Source: Camelus dromedarius
Taxonomy: Eukaryota
Length of the DNA stretch: 64,000 bases
Reading direction: 5' to 3'
Assembly: GCF_036321535.1 (NCBI RefSeq)
Contig: NC_087436.1
Span: 114,330,001-114,394,000, forward strand
Part shown: positions 47,065-59,880 of the stretch, in pieces
Position numbering within the stretch: the stretch's first letter is position 1
How the letters are laid out: the number at the start of each line of letters is the position of its first letter
The notes under the pieces: generated by a model
The model's input: only the letters and a program-made list of their open reading frames with translations
Database searches by the model: none
What the model was told of the DNA's origin: nothing
Position numbers and translations under genes: made by a program

Positions 47065-47310
47065 TAGCCAACATTTTTAATGCTTTTCATTACCGTAACC
47101 CTAACCCTAAGTTGATTCTAGGTGCTTTATATATGTTGACTCGCTTAATCCTACCAGCAATCTTATGAGCCAAGTACCACTATTCACATTTTTAAATATG
47201 AGAAAAATAGAAGCACAAAAATGTTCAAGGAACTTGCTAAGATGACGGTCAGTAATGGCACAATCCAGGACCTGAGGTCAGACTATTCACTACCTGGTTA
47301 AGCTGCTACA
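47065..47310 (-). mobile_element. MIR SINE (tail-to-tail with a plus-strand MIR fragment at about 46870-47065)
   Basis: 'attagccaacatt...ttctaggtgctttatatatgttgactcgcttaatcct...ggaacttgctaagatgac'. Confidence 0.7.
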
Positions 47311-47574
47311 GTAAACATCCCAGGAATTGTGTTCCTGTTGCTTTAGATTTATATTTAATAATATCCATCAGACCAAAAAATTGGTACTTTGTTTATATTT
47401 CTATAAAAGCATTTACTATTTTGTTATAATTTGGTTTTTATGTACCTGTCTCCCCTGTTAGACTCTGAGCTCCTTGAGGACAGGAACTACATAGTAAACA
47501 TCTATACTAGTTCTAGTAGAGTCTGACATACTGTAGGTAAGCATATCACTCTCTAGAGATCTGTGGGCTAGACA

Positions 47575-47718
47575 GATGGAAGAAAAAGGAGTAATGGAAG
47601 GATAAATAAAATGGATGGTTAGATGGATGGATGGATAAATAGATGAATCGATGGATGGATGGATGGATGGATAGATGGATGAATCAATGGATGGATGGAT
47701 GGTTGGATGATTGGATGG
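47575..47718. repeat. (GGAT)n / (ATCC)n tetranucleotide repeat, imperfect
   Basis: 'atggatggatggatggatggatagatggatgaatcaatggatggatggatgg'. Confidence 0.9.
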
Positions 47719-47719
47719 T

Positions 47720-48008
47720 CCTCCACACTCTCAGGATTAGCTTTCTTGTGCTCCATCAGAAACACTGCAGGTTGACCAGTATCCCCTTCCCAGATGGCTT
47801 GATTCCAGTTCCCTCTTTCAAGTTCTGATAATTCCATCTCTTCCCTTCATTTCTCCAGTTACTATCTCTTGCTGCCTCAGTGGGTTTAGGATTTGTAACT
47901 CCTGTTTAATCTTCCAATCCCTATTTAATCAAATCTCTACATTAAATTACTTCTGTTAAAATAATCAATTAAAATTTCTGCTTTTCTGAATGAACCCTGA
48001 CTGATTCA
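47720..48008 (+). mobile_element. ERVL-class LTR 3' part (LTR33-like)
   Basis: Ends 'cattaaattacttctgttaaaata...tttctgcttttctgaatgaaccctgactgattca'. Confidence 0.55.
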
Positions 48009-48009
48009 A

Positions 48010-48190
48010 CTTAATATGTAGTACCAGATACTATGCTAAGCCTTTCACAAATAGAATTACATTTGCCCTTTACTAAAACCTTATGGGGGCATCGTCCTCT
48101 TTTATAGGATGCATAAACTGAGACACAGAGTTAATTAAGTTCTTGTCCAAGTTCACACTAGCTTGAATCTTGGTGCTAAAAGCTTCTAAC
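48010..48190 (-). mobile_element. MIR SINE
   Basis: 'aaactgagacacagagttaattaagttcttgtccaagttcacactagc'. Confidence 0.7.
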
Positions 48191-49489
48191 TCCACTGCAG
48201 TCCTGTCTGAAGATATCAATTTCCAGGAGACGCATGGTTCCTAGAGTGAATTCATGTCCCTAGTGCCAGGATCCTTCTTAGAATGAAAAATATATGCACA
48301 GTTCCCTGAATAAAGTGCACCGTTCTCCCTGTCAGCCCACAGATGGCAATCACACAGAGATTTATTACCAACAGATGGCTGCAATAGAAGAATGAGACAC
48401 AAGTGTACCTGAACAGTTAAGACCAGCACAGCAATCCAAAGTTATTTCCCACCTACGCAGCTAAAAAGGAATCAGATTCCAATAGAAAAATGATTATATC
48501 TTTCCCCAGAGTTTCTGATGAAAAAAGCAAATAAAGCTTGTCGAGTTGGCTAGAAGCCACCCCAGACCATAATGTTTTCTTTTTCCTCATCGCAGGTAAC
48601 CCTTATTCTCTCTACTGCTGTCAATCTCTCCTCTCCTTTCCTGTGTCTTTCCAGCTCACAATCTCTTTCAGCAGTTTTCATTCTCTCCTTTTATTAGTTT
48701 GTCTCCCCGTATCTCTCTTCTATAAGTAAAATAAATTCTTGGAAGACAGCTTAATCCTTTGAGAGAAAGATTGGGTCAACTTTTTGAACTTTACACACAG
48801 AAGAAATATTCCGAATACTGACTTTCTCATCAAGAAGTTACCTGTAACCCAAAACCTCCTAAAGCCCAAGTAATTCCTCCTATTTGTTTTTTTGGTGATT
48901 GAAAGTTGTGTGCTGAGTGTGTGATGACAAAGTTACTCTTGTTCAAATCAGTGGACCTCAGAAGAGTCATCGTGTTTTTGCTCTACACGAGAAACCATGA
49001 TCAGCCATACTTTTATCTTTAACTAAGTTAGGAACTGAGAACCAAGAAACTATCTCATTTCTAATTATCAAAAAAGCCAAAATGATGCATCTCACACCTC
49101 TCTCTCCATTTGCTTACTATTACCCTGTGTTTTGGTTTTGATACTCATTTCTAATCAGGTTGAGACTCTTGGATTTGGAATTCTACCCAGTATGGCTTTT
49201 TCTTATCATGGTCTGAAAAATAGCTATTTTAAATGGTGCTCACTGGTATCTCATGAAGGAAATAAATGGCATAGCTTCTGGTAAAAACCTTTACCACCAA
49301 AAGTGAAAATTGTTCTTGGGAAGAGCCTGGAAGAGGCTAGACTGGAATAGGCTAGCTACACCTGTAATAGGCACCTTCTCTCTGTCTGACAGGTGCATTG
49401 TGGGAGGGTCCTGGGGTGGCACCAGCAGCAACCCCAGTTAACATGTTATCATTGCAGATAACATGAAGGGCCCTCCATGAGGAGACAGA

Positions 49490-49810
49490 GAGAGCAATGT
49501 AATGGGCGTAAGACTAGCCTGAGTGTGAATCCTAGCTCTGCAGTTTACTTAACCTCTCGGAGCCCCAGCTATCTCATTATATAAGGTGTAGATCATTCCT
49601 ACCCCTTAAAGTTAGTAAGAGAAAGACAGTATCCATGCTAATATACCTAATAGTGCCATACACAGTTATTAATATTCATAATGAGCACAGTTCATCCATA
49701 CAAGAGTTCCTCAAGTTGGCATATTTTATTTTTCATATGAGGAAACTGAGTCTTGGGTAGCTAAGTTTCCCAAGTTTCCAAAACAAGTAGATATTCAACC
49801 CAAGCTTAAT
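49490..49810. mobile_element. Two MIR fragments in opposite orientation
   Basis: Plus strand 'gtgaatcctagctctgc...acttaacctctcggagcccca'; minus strand 'atgaggaaactgagtctt'. Confidence 0.65.
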
Positions 49811-51289
49811 CAGACTGTCTACCCCTAAGTTACTATTTTTCCCATAAACCACATTGCTCCCACCAAAAGATGGATGGTTACATAGTAGACACACTGAATG
49901 GTGACAGGAGGGGAAGTTGTTGTCCAGAGTTCATTAAATTACACCATATATCCCCTTCAAAGACATGACCATCAAGGCAGGAGAAGGATGTGGAAGAGAA
50001 GCAGAGTGGGGCACAATGTCAACAGCAGGGAGACACTCTCAAATACTGAGGGGAAGTGGAGGCATCAGATAGTCTGCTGGAAAAATCTGCCTTCACTTCC
50101 GTCCATGAAGTGCTTCGCCCAAGTGCATCTTGGTGGGGTGCTATATAATATTGTTGACATTTGAGAATGCCAATATATCACTTTCTTCTCACCTAAGGAT
50201 TCTGGTCCAGTAAGAAAGAAGACCCAGGAGATGGACAAAGATTAAAATACAGTGTCTGCTTTATTACTGGTAAAGCTGAACTGTAGAATGATGTTTGGAT
50301 TCAAAATGGGCTTCTGGAATGACTCACCCCTATTCTTCCCCAACATTCCCCCAGAGATCCTATTCTAGAGGAATCTAAGATATTAAGCCATGCAAAAGAC
50401 TCACTTCCAACACTTCAGCCTGGGCCCTACCTCTTCCTTAAAATGGAAGAAATATTGAAGTAGCCTATTATATGAGGTAAGAATTCTCCAAAGAAGGGGG
50501 AGATTGTCCCTCCTCCAATTATATTAACATAATACTATAAAATATTGTAGCCCTATTTTTAGACAAAAGAAAATAATACTCTTTCCTCTGAGGACTTTAT
50601 GATTAAATAGACTTGCTTGGGAACCTCACTTCCATATGTAACACTTTTTCAATGAGAAAATACAATCCACCTTCCAAACAAACCAACTCCCAAAGGTTGG
50701 GAACTCAATCCATTTATAAGTATAAATATAGCACTCTATCCTCACAGTACTCACTATTTCTTAAGAAAGGGTCAGCTATCGTTTTTAATTGGAACCAAAA
50801 AAAAAAAAAAAAAGCTAAAGTCTAGGGACCATTATAACGATGAGGAAAAATCCAAATTCTATTGACTCCTTTCCCTTTCAACGCCTTCTCTGTACATAAT
50901 GCCCTTTTCTTATATTTGTCTTCTTTCCAAATACCTGATTATATAAAAATAGAAATATTTTTAAAGAGAAAAATGCTTGTTGATGTGATATGAATTCATT
51001 TTGTTGGGGATCTGGGAGGCTCAGTGCTTGCAGAGTCCAGGGAGAGAGAATTTACCAAGTAATTCCCCTAAAGAGCTAATTCACTATACTCTATTTTTAG
51101 ATGTTAGTATTCTCATTTTGGCTCACTGTGGAATAGGATCCATTTATTTCTGCCTCACCTGTGCACATGAGAAACTAGTCTCAGATTGTAACTTGACTGT
51201 CATTGTGAAACAACTCGTCACTCAACAAATATTCCCTGAGAATTTAGTGTTGCAGGGACAAGGAAGCTCCTGGTGAATGGCAATACAGA

Positions 51290-53745
51290 GAATTTTATGT
51301 TGGTAGTTTCAGTATCAATATGGATGATCCATCCAATACCCTAGTTTCTCAATTATTTGACTTCTCCTACAATTGTGTCCTCCATCACATCCAAGTTACT
51401 CACTCCATTATCATATCCCAGACTACCACATTCTACTGCTATCCCTCTAAAATATCATCTTTAAAAATCCCACACTAACTACCAACTCCATATCCAGCTT
51501 TCTCCTACTATGCTCATATTCCAACCATCCCTCAACCCCACCTAGATTAAAATTCTTTCCATATTTCCTCTGTCCCCTTTGCTTTTATTCAAACTTAAAA
51601 TCCATAGTCCATCACTGTAATCAGTCCCCTACATATGCTCTCAACTTTTCATTCCTTCACTCTTGGAAAATAAAAAATAAAAAAGCTAAACTATGTTTAA
51701 ACTGAATCACTTCTCCATCCATTCTGTGCTTGAAAACATGGCTGGAGGAAAACACACAAGCACATAGATGGTTCCACTTTGAATTCATGAGCACTAACCC
51801 CCAGAGAGTCCTCACTGCTAGTCATGAAATACACTATATTTTCCTAATCAACCATCTCTCCCACTTTCCTGACTGGCTGTTTCTCGCCATCTTATGTGTC
51901 TTTAAAATTCCATCATCTATTTCCACTCTCTTGCTTTTAGCTAATGAATTTGCATCTTATTTAACTGAGATGGTAAAGCAATCAGAAGATAACTTCCACA
52001 CGTTCCACACCAAATCTACTATACTAAGTGCACCTGGACCATACATACTGCATCCCCTCCCACATAATGATGAAGTGGCATGCGCCCATCTATGGCCAAC
52101 CCCTCTGTGATCCTATACAATTTCACCAAACTCAAGGAAGCTGCTCCAGCAAAGCTTCCTCATCTCCTCCATCATCAGTCATTTCCTCTCATCTGGATCA
52201 TCACCAACAGCAAACAAATAGAGAGTAATATTCCCCATAAACCTTTTCCAGCTACAGTTCATTTCCTTTGTAGAAAAATTATTCTTAAAAATAATTCATA
52301 TTCTGTCTCCACTTTCTCCCTTTCCATCCTCTCTTTTATATATTCTAGTCAGGCTTTCAACCTCATGCCCTCACCAAAACTAAGTCTATCAAAGTCACCA
52401 GTGGCTTTAAAATCGCCATTCTTAATCAATTCTCCATTCTTACTGAGCTCAACCCATGAGCCTCACTTGACATGATTAAACTTTCCCTCCTTCTTGAAAT
52501 ACTTCCTCCACTTACCTTCAGGACATCACTCAGTTCTTCTAGCACACTGGCTATTCCATCTCAGGCTCATTTACTGGAACCTTCTCTTTTTTCCAACTTC
52601 TAAATGTTAGAGTCTCAAAGACTCGGTCCTTGGATCTCCATACATATATATCTACACTTACTCCTTCAGATATGTCAATACATCCAACTCCATGGTTTTA
52701 AATATTATTTATATGCTGATGATACCCAAATATGCATCACTAACCTGGACACATTTGGTGAACTCTAGACTCCTATGTTCAACTTCATACTCAAAATATC
52801 CTTGATATCTCTTAGTCATCTCAAACTTCACATTCCTAAAATGCAGCTCCTTACATTTTTCTCTCAATCTGCTCTTCCCAGAGTCTTTTCCATCTGAGTA
52901 AATGTCAATGCCATCCTCCCAGTTTCTCAGGTTGAAAAGTTAGAATCATCTTTCACTCTCATCCCACACCTTATTTTCAACAACAATATTTCAACTGACC
53001 TTAATTATAAAAAAAAAAAAATCTAAAATTGGACCACTTACCACAGCAATCACTACCATCATCCCTTTTTTGGATGATTGCTGAAATAGTCTTGGAACTA
53101 GTTTTCCCACCCTTACCCCCTCACACTCTGTATCCCACATAACATCCAAAATGACTTTTTAAAATCGTAAGTCAAATTATTCCTCTCCTATTGTCAAAAC
53201 TCTCTAATAGATTCTCATATCACTCAGAATAAAATTAAGAGCTCTGATTCAGTCCTAAAAAGCCCTTAGTGTCCCATCCTGGCTGCTCCTGCCCTCTCTG
53301 ACCTCATCTCCTACCAGTGTCTCCTTCTCTTACTCTGCTCCGGCCACACCCCCGCCACAGTAGCCTCCTTGCTGCTCCTAATCCATCCAAGCCCCCGGGT
53401 GCCTCCAAGACTTTGTCCTGTCTACTTCCATGCCAGGAAATCTCTTTCTCCTGATATCCCTTTAGTCTCCCCTCCACTGCACACTAGAATGGAGCAGAGA
53501 GGCTTCCTCTAAGCATCTTGTCCAAAATAACCTTGCACTGTCGCTCTGCGTCCTCTTCCTGGGCTTTATTTTCCTTCTTAGCATCTTCCCCCACCAGACA
53601 CACTAAATAAAGTCTGGCTCCCCTCACCCCAACTAGAATATGAATTATTTTCATGTCTTTTTTTTTCAGTCTACATCCCCAGGGCCTAAAACAATGCCCC
53701 TAGAGGCTTCCAAAAATATTTGCAGAGTGAATGAATAAACGAGTG
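51290..53745 (+). mobile_element. Long L2 (L2a-like) 3' portion, about 2.4 kb
   Basis: 'ccctccttcttgaaatacttcctccactt', 'catggttttaaatattatttatatgctgatgatacccaaat' (RT YADD-region relic), 'ctgacctcatctcctacca', and tail 'aaatatttgcagagtgaatgaataa'. Confidence 0.85.
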
Positions 53746-54569
53746 GATGAGAAGATGAGGGAACTCTTGGATATGAGGACAGAGAAGCTTTTCTAGAAAC
53801 CTTTCACACACCAAAGCTACAATTAAGGTGGGAGTAAAAATCGGAATCAGGTTCCATACTGCGATGCTAAGGGGATTTCCTGTGCCCTTCAACAGAACCT
53901 TTTGAAAAATGCTGAGCTGAGGACCACCCCAGACCAGGTGGTTCATAAAGAGATTGTTGCAGCATTTAAATCAAGTCAGATAACAAACACTGACTTGAGT
54001 CTCACATCCCCATAAAGATTAACCTTGCTTGGTGATGGACGAAGATTCAAAAAAATCAGGGATGTTCTTGCTTGTTTCTACCTTACATTAAGAACGTGTC
54101 CAGCCACGAATTGTTCCTCGCAGGGTCTCTCTCACTGTGGTCGACCCAGTAAGCATGGGTCTCATAATCATTCTCATGCTGTCCTCTTTCCTGTCCTCCA
54201 GGTCACTCAGTAATCATCCTTGCACATGACTCATAAGGGCATCCTTCAAACAACTGGCATTCCAGAGCCAAGTGTTTTCTGGAAGGGTGAAGATCTGAAC
54301 GTCTTACAGCCATTGCGATACACAGACTTGCAACATAACCAATGCCTTTTTGACTGGCCTATGATGTGGGAGCAAGCTCACAGGCCATCATTGGGGTTTG
54401 TCTTCTGTCTCCCTCAACTGAAGAGCATCAAGCAGATGGCTGTGATTCTCTGCTATAAAGAGATTGAACAACATTGTGTCCAGTCCCTGGATCCATCCAA
54501 ATACTCAAGCCAATCCCTTTATTCCACTTAGAAGGTGTGTTTGTGTGTCCTCTAGGTAGCTGCTACTTA

Positions 54570-54780
54570 AGCCATGGATAAGGCCATCTCAGTTTCTATG
54601 GACTATGTGACTATGGTTAGTGACTTCACCTCTGAGTGTCAGTTCTTTTATTTGTAAAGTAGAGATAATTAGTGCACCTACCTCGTAGGGTTGCTGAAAG
54701 TTTTACTTAATATGATACATGCAAAGTCTTAGCACACTGTCAGGCATACAGAAAGAATTCAATACAGTGATTTACTGTTT
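54570..54780 (+). mobile_element. MIR SINE
   Basis: 'tttgtaaagtagagataattagtgcacctacctcgtagggttgctg...cttagcacactgtcaggcataca'. Confidence 0.8.
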
Positions 54781-54829
54781 TTATTTTTATTTTTCAGGGC
54801 TCCTCTTCTAGGTTAAGTGTTTCCACGAA

Positions 54830-55230
54830 TGAGGACAATGATCTTCCCCCCACATGCCCAGCTGTGATATGAATTTATCACTTCTTCTGTACAGAAGTGG
54901 AGACTGTTTCCCACCCACTTCCTCCCTTGAGTATTCTAGGGACTTGCTGTGATGGACAGAATGCAGCCAAAGTGATGCTGTGTGACTTCAAAGCCTAGAG
55001 TTTGGAAGCCTTGGACTGTTTCCCTGTCAGAGCCAGCTGCCTTGTGAAGAAATTCAGGCTAAACCACTGAACAGTGAGATACGAGATGCAGAGAAAAGCC
55101 CACGGAGGGAAACCAAAGTGTCCCAACCAACAGCCATCACGGGGCACCTGATGTGTCCCTGAGGCCACCTTGGTGCAAACATCTGACGAGTTCACCATCT
55201 CTCTCGTGTAGTCTGAGCATCACATCCTGA
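54830..55230 (+). mobile_element. Old MaLR LTR (MLT1F/G/H-like)
   Basis: 'cagaatgcagccaaagtgatgctgtgtgacttcaaagcctag...agccagctgccttgtgaagaa'. Confidence 0.65.
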
Positions 55231-55246
55231 AATACTGTACACTCTG

Positions 55247-55470
55247 CAGTGGGCCCTCTCAACAGGTGTGAACACAAGGGTCCACTTACACACATTTTTT
55301 TTTTATTACATGCATATTACATGCATACTACAGCACTACACCATCTGAGGTCGGATGAATCGACAGATGTGGAACTGTGGATATGGAAGGCTGACTGTAA
55401 AGCCACACAAGGATTTTCCACTGTGTGGAGGGTCAGCACCGCAGCTCCCGTGTTGTTCGAGGGTCAACGG
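55247..55470. mobile_element. TcMar-Tigger MITE (MER8/Tigger2-like)
   Basis: Degenerate TIRs 'cagtgggccct...aaca' and 'tgttgttcgagggtcaacgg'. Internal 'gatgtggaactgtggatatggaaggctgactgtaaa'. Confidence 0.75.
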
Positions 55471-55610
55471 CACTTCATCTCCAATTACTTTCCTTTAACT
55501 TCTCCTTTTGCTGTATTGATTTGCTTTTGAAATCATATTGTAGATGGGTTGTGTTATCTTTTCTATGACATGAAGAATGTGTCGTGAAATATTTATTATA
55601 GAAAGGAGAC

Positions 55611-55735
55611 GGGGGGAAGGGTGTCGCTCAAGTGGCAGAGCGCATGCTCAGTACCCAAAAGGTCTCGGGTTCAATCCCCGGTACCTCCTCCAAGCCTAAT
55701 CACCTCCCCCTCTGAAAACAAAGAATGCAAGTAAA
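55611..55735 (+). mobile_element. Camelid tRNA-derived SINE (vic-1 type)
   Basis: 'ggggggaagggtgtcgctcaagtggcagagcgcatgctcagtacccaaaaggtctcgggttcaatccccggtacctcc...cctaatcacctccccc'. TSD aaaggagac (55602-55610) / aaaggaggc (55735-55743). Confidence 0.85.
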
Positions 55736-55916
55736 AAGGAGGCAAATCATTGCCTTTGGGCAGCTTAATGTAGATCCAGGAGCCCCCTGGCTAGTGTTTG
55801 GTTACAACACTAGTTATAATTTCTCACTAACTCACTAATTCATTCTTTCTGTCATGTATCTCTCTGTCTAGGCCAGGGTTTCCCAACATTTTTAATCCAA
55901 CTAATATGAAAAAAAA

Positions 55917-56015
55917 TCTCTCTCTCTCTCTCCCCCTCTCTTCCTCCCTCTCTCTCCCTCTCCCTCTCCGCCCCCCTTTCTCTCTCTCCCTCCCTAACAC
56001 ACACAGACATACACA
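55917..56015. repeat. (CT)n/C-rich plus (CA)n simple repeat
   Basis: Read directly. Confidence 0.85.
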
Positions 56016-56479
56016 CCAGATTCTACCCTGAGACCTCCTCTTCCCCCAGCAGAAGGCCAGCCCCTCCAGCCACTGCACCGGACAATAAGCAGCAAGTTCC
56101 TTGAAGCCCTCAGTCATTTGGTACATCTCTACACCCCACTCCTTCTGCCCAAAGTGCCTAGAGCAGGCTGTGCACCTAGTAGGTATTTGGTTTACTTCTT
56201 CAGTATTGACTTCATAAAGCAGAAGGAAATGGTGCTGAAATTAATACTAACTTGTTCCATTTTCTGACTCACTGTTTTCTAATCTCCAGAGGAAATGTTA
56301 CCTCAACACCTCCCTCCACGCTTGTACAGAAACCCAAGAACCCTAAGAATTCTTTCGTGCTACAAATATCTCCACTTTGAGTGCTATTTGTGTACAAAAC
56401 CAAGTTTAGAAATACTGAGAGGGGTTGTATTAATTTTTTTTATAACTGTGGTTTACAAAGCACCTGTATGTGTGGAGAG

Positions 56480-56870
56480 GACTGACATTTATCGCACCAG
56501 GTAACTTACACAATTTATCTCAATGCTCACATCAGCTCTCTGCCTTAGCTACTATGATCCCCATTTCACAGATGAAGAAATCAAGCAAGAATAAGTGTTA
56601 GGTGGTTTGAAAGGCCGTACCCTGCCAAATGGCAGAGCCCAGTCCCTGAAGGCTGAACCCAGAGTGCTTTCTGCTACTTCCCAACTGATGGCCGCTGTAG
56701 AAAGGGTACGTGGCCCCAAGCAACTACTTCCCTTTTTGGTCCTCCCTTTTCCCATCTCTGAAGTGGGGGTGATAACATCATCAATGTCATAGACTTGTGC
56801 GGATTACAGGAGTTGGTACAGATGAGCTGGCTGGAACCGTATTTGGCATGTAGTAAGCATTATTATTATC
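56480..56870. mobile_element. Two MIR fragments (minus then plus)
   Basis: Minus strand 'ccccatttcacagatgaagaaatcaag'; plus strand 'ttcccatctctgaagtgggggtgataa...tggcatgtagtaagca'. Confidence 0.7.
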
Positions 56871-57639
56871 AAGCAGCCTCTTAAAACAAAAACATAAATT
56901 GGTAATCATTATGTCTTGACCTCTGTGTTTTCTATAGAAGGGATTTCTGTGTTCAGGACAGTGAAGGGATTCGGCTCCAACAAGGACAAGAAACAAGAGG
57001 TGAACAGCCTGTGCTAGGTGTCCCCTCTAACAACCTGTTGTGTGTTGCGCAGGAAAGGGGTTTTCAGCACGTGGTGATGTCCAATGTCTATTTCCATCAT
57101 TCATTTATTATTCTGACTTCTAAAAGCATGTTCCCATCATCCAGGACCATGAAAATTCACATGCTGAAGCCCGCAGCATGGCCAATGCCACAGAGACAAG
57201 GTATCTCAGTCAGGTTGCACGTCCTGGGTTGTGGAGGCATCACAGAAAGGAAGGGGTCTTAGTGCTTGTGTTGTGACACCACTCTCCATTTTACTGAGAG
57301 GCACAGAGAGGGACAGGGGCCTGTGTTCTCACGCCATCCCCTGAACTGTGAAGCAGAGATCCCCCTTCCTATTTTACATCACTTCCTGCTACCCAGCGCA
57401 CACCCAGTACTGCAGCCGTTGCAAACCACGCACGAGCCTCAATACACCACACCCTCTCCTCTACACCTCTCTGCCTCGTCATTGCTGTCCTTCAGCCAGA
57501 AGTCCCTGTCTCATTGTCCACCTGGCTACTTCCAGCTTGTCCTTCCAGCTAAGCTCAAGTCCCCACCAGCTCTCACCAGGACTCTGACAATGGACTCAAC
57601 TGGTCTCCCTCCCTCCACACTTGCCTTCCTGAAGATCAA

Positions 57640-58150
57640 CTTTATTTCTTTTTAATATAAATCAGGTCATGACACTCCTGCTTAAAAGCCTCCAATAACT
57701 TCTTGACACACTTCAGATAAAACCCAAAGTCCCGCAGAATCTAGCCCTGCCTGCCTCTCATCTCACTTCCTGCCATCTCCCCAGACTGTTCTCCATCCAC
57801 ACTGGCCTCTTCTCTGCTCCTCAGGGTCTTGCTAGGGGTCTTGGCACTTTTGCATTTGCTTCTCCTCCTCCCTGGAACGCTTGCCTTCAGATCTTCACAG
57901 AGGTAACTCCTTCTTATCACTCAGATCTCACATCGATTTCACTGCTTCAGAGTCCTCCCAACACAGCAGAATTGCTGCACTTCCACACCCCAGGAACATT
58001 CCCAGCTATCTGGAATTACTGTGTTTACTTCCTGTCTTGCACTAGATGCCCTGCTCTATAAAAGAAGGACTAGGGTCTTATTTTCCAATAATCTTCAGAG
58101 CCGAGCCTAGCACCTGCTGCAGAGTTCGTGCTCAGTAAATATTGACCAAG
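57640..58150 (+). mobile_element. L2 3' fragment
   Basis: 'aaatcaggtcatgacactcctgcttaaaagcctccaata...cctggaacgct...gtgctcagtaaatattg'. Confidence 0.8.
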
Positions 58151-59069
58151 TGGGTAGCAGAATCAACATTCAATTCTGCAGTGCAACCCCTCAAGGCCAG
58201 TGGTTTCAAAAAGCTATAAAATGGCAATGAATATGCTCCCTTCCAGTTCTCTCCTATCTTTGAGCTGTCGGCTGGGGTTTCCCGTGATAATCCCAAAACA
58301 TCGGTCTCATCCTTTTAGGTTTCATGCATCGCTTTTCTCCAAATGGCTTGTTGTTCTACCTACTCGATTTTGAGAATTTGGTTCTAATCTCACCACATTG
58401 ATATTTAAGTTCAAGAAATGAAGAAGTCTTCCTTTTGGTCAAAGATGATAGAGATTCCAATATTAAAGTGTCTACTTCCTCTTGGGTGTGCAAAGCAGAG
58501 CCCTGATCTCAGAGTAACCCCAGATGGGAAGGGGACAGACCCCTGTGCAGAAAGTCAGGAATCTCAGGGTCTCGTTCTCTCCGAGAAGGGATTTGACAAT
58601 TACTCAATGACTCATTATCTTCTATAATACAGGGGTGCTCCCTGAGGTCCCTTCCAAAGCTAACGCTACACTTGTTCAACGAAGGCAGGCATCTGCACCG
58701 TGCCTCTGTGCCAAGCACTGCCAAGGTGCTGGGAAACCAGCCTTGAGAAAATAGCCCCGAGCATTTTTACCTTCAGGAAACTTATGTGACTTCCTAGAGC
58801 ATAGTCTGCTATTTAATTATCAAAAGATTTCCTTTTACATATGGCATATTCTGATTATGTGAATATCTTCCATACTTTCACTCTAGGATGAGGTGCCTAG
58901 TTTGCATCTTCCAGCCTTATACTCTGCTTTCTACCGTGAGTAAAAGAAACCCCACCCCCATTTCTTCCAATGCCCCTGCCGGGTATTTGACCCACTCAGG
59001 GTTTCTTCCCTCCCCACAAGCCACTCCCAATTAGATGGGACAGGGGATCCACAGTAAAAATGAAGCTGT

Positions 59070-59230
59070 AGTCATGACTGTGAAGCAAAACCATGAGTTA
59101 GGATTCAGGAACCTGGCACTCATCCCCACTCCACCACTTATGAGCCCTTGAGAATGTCTCTTAATTTCTCTGGGTCTCAGTTTCCTTAATCTATAAAACA
59201 GAATGTGGTGAGCATAAAAATGTACCTCTC
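59070..59230 (+). mobile_element. MIR 5' and core fragment
   Basis: 'tctcttaatttctctgggtctcagtttccttaatctataaaa'. Confidence 0.75.
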
Positions 59231-59234
59231 AGAT

Positions 59235-59639
59235 GTCCCACTGCGTGGAGTGTAATTAACTAGGGGCCCCAGTCATGCTGTCTGAAATCCATCACTGTCC
59301 TGGCACTACCAGCCAAAGTCTAAATGTGGCAGAGTCACTTCTGAGAGAGGAAGGTGCATTTTAGGGAGATGTGGGACTCCTCTGACTGGTGACTTTGGCA
59401 AGAGACTCTCCATCAGCTTTGATGAAACATTCTTCAGACTGCATATCAGTCAAAGGCTTTTACTCCTCCAAATTCCTTTCTCTCTCCTCCATAGGAGTAA
59501 AACCTTCATCATGGTCTGATGGTTCCCCATTCTCCACTGCTCCTTCATCTTTTTCCCTCAAGGCCAGTTTCCATAATTAATCTCTTGCACATTTAATGGC
59601 ATCTTAGCATCTGCCTCTTGAAGGACTTGAAGCAACACA
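59235..59639 (+). mobile_element. ERVL-class solo LTR (LTR16-like)
   Basis: 3' end 'ataattaatctcttgcacatttaatggcatcttagcatctgcctcttgaaggacttgaagcaacaca' resembles the LTR16 terminus. Left boundary uncertain. Confidence 0.65.
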
Positions 59640-59744
59640 TTGAGATGACGTCCTCATACGTTTTGAGGACAGTTATCAGTGAAAATGTTTTACAAAGCAT
59701 ATAGGGATGTATAAGGTATAAAGCATTACACAAAAGATACAGCA

Positions 59745-59880
59745 TCATTCGTTCATTTATTTATTCAGCAGTTAGGCGCTGAACACCCACCATGAGCCAA
59801 GCTCTGAGCAGAGGATCTGGACATACAAAGGAATAGTGTTCTTTACTGGGCAGATCACAGGCTAGACAGAGGAGCTGTCC
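59745..59880 (-). mobile_element. L2 3' tail fragment
   Basis: 'attcgttcatttatttattcagca...tgaacacccaccatgagccaagctctg'. Confidence 0.6.

Noticed and set aside
48570..48601. Plus-strand YnCAG|GTAACC recursive-splice-like motif
   Set aside because: The donor half is weak (+5 C, +6 C) and such motifs are expected by chance.
55611..55690. tRNA gene (Ala-like)
   Set aside because: The tRNA-like head is followed by a SINE body, an A-rich tail and a TSD, and a second family member lies at 31261-31412. It is a SINE.
56289..56500. Plus-strand exon-like segment with a good acceptor and CAG|gtaact
   Set aside because: The peptide is unrecognised, the donor abuts a MIR and there is no corroborating evidence.
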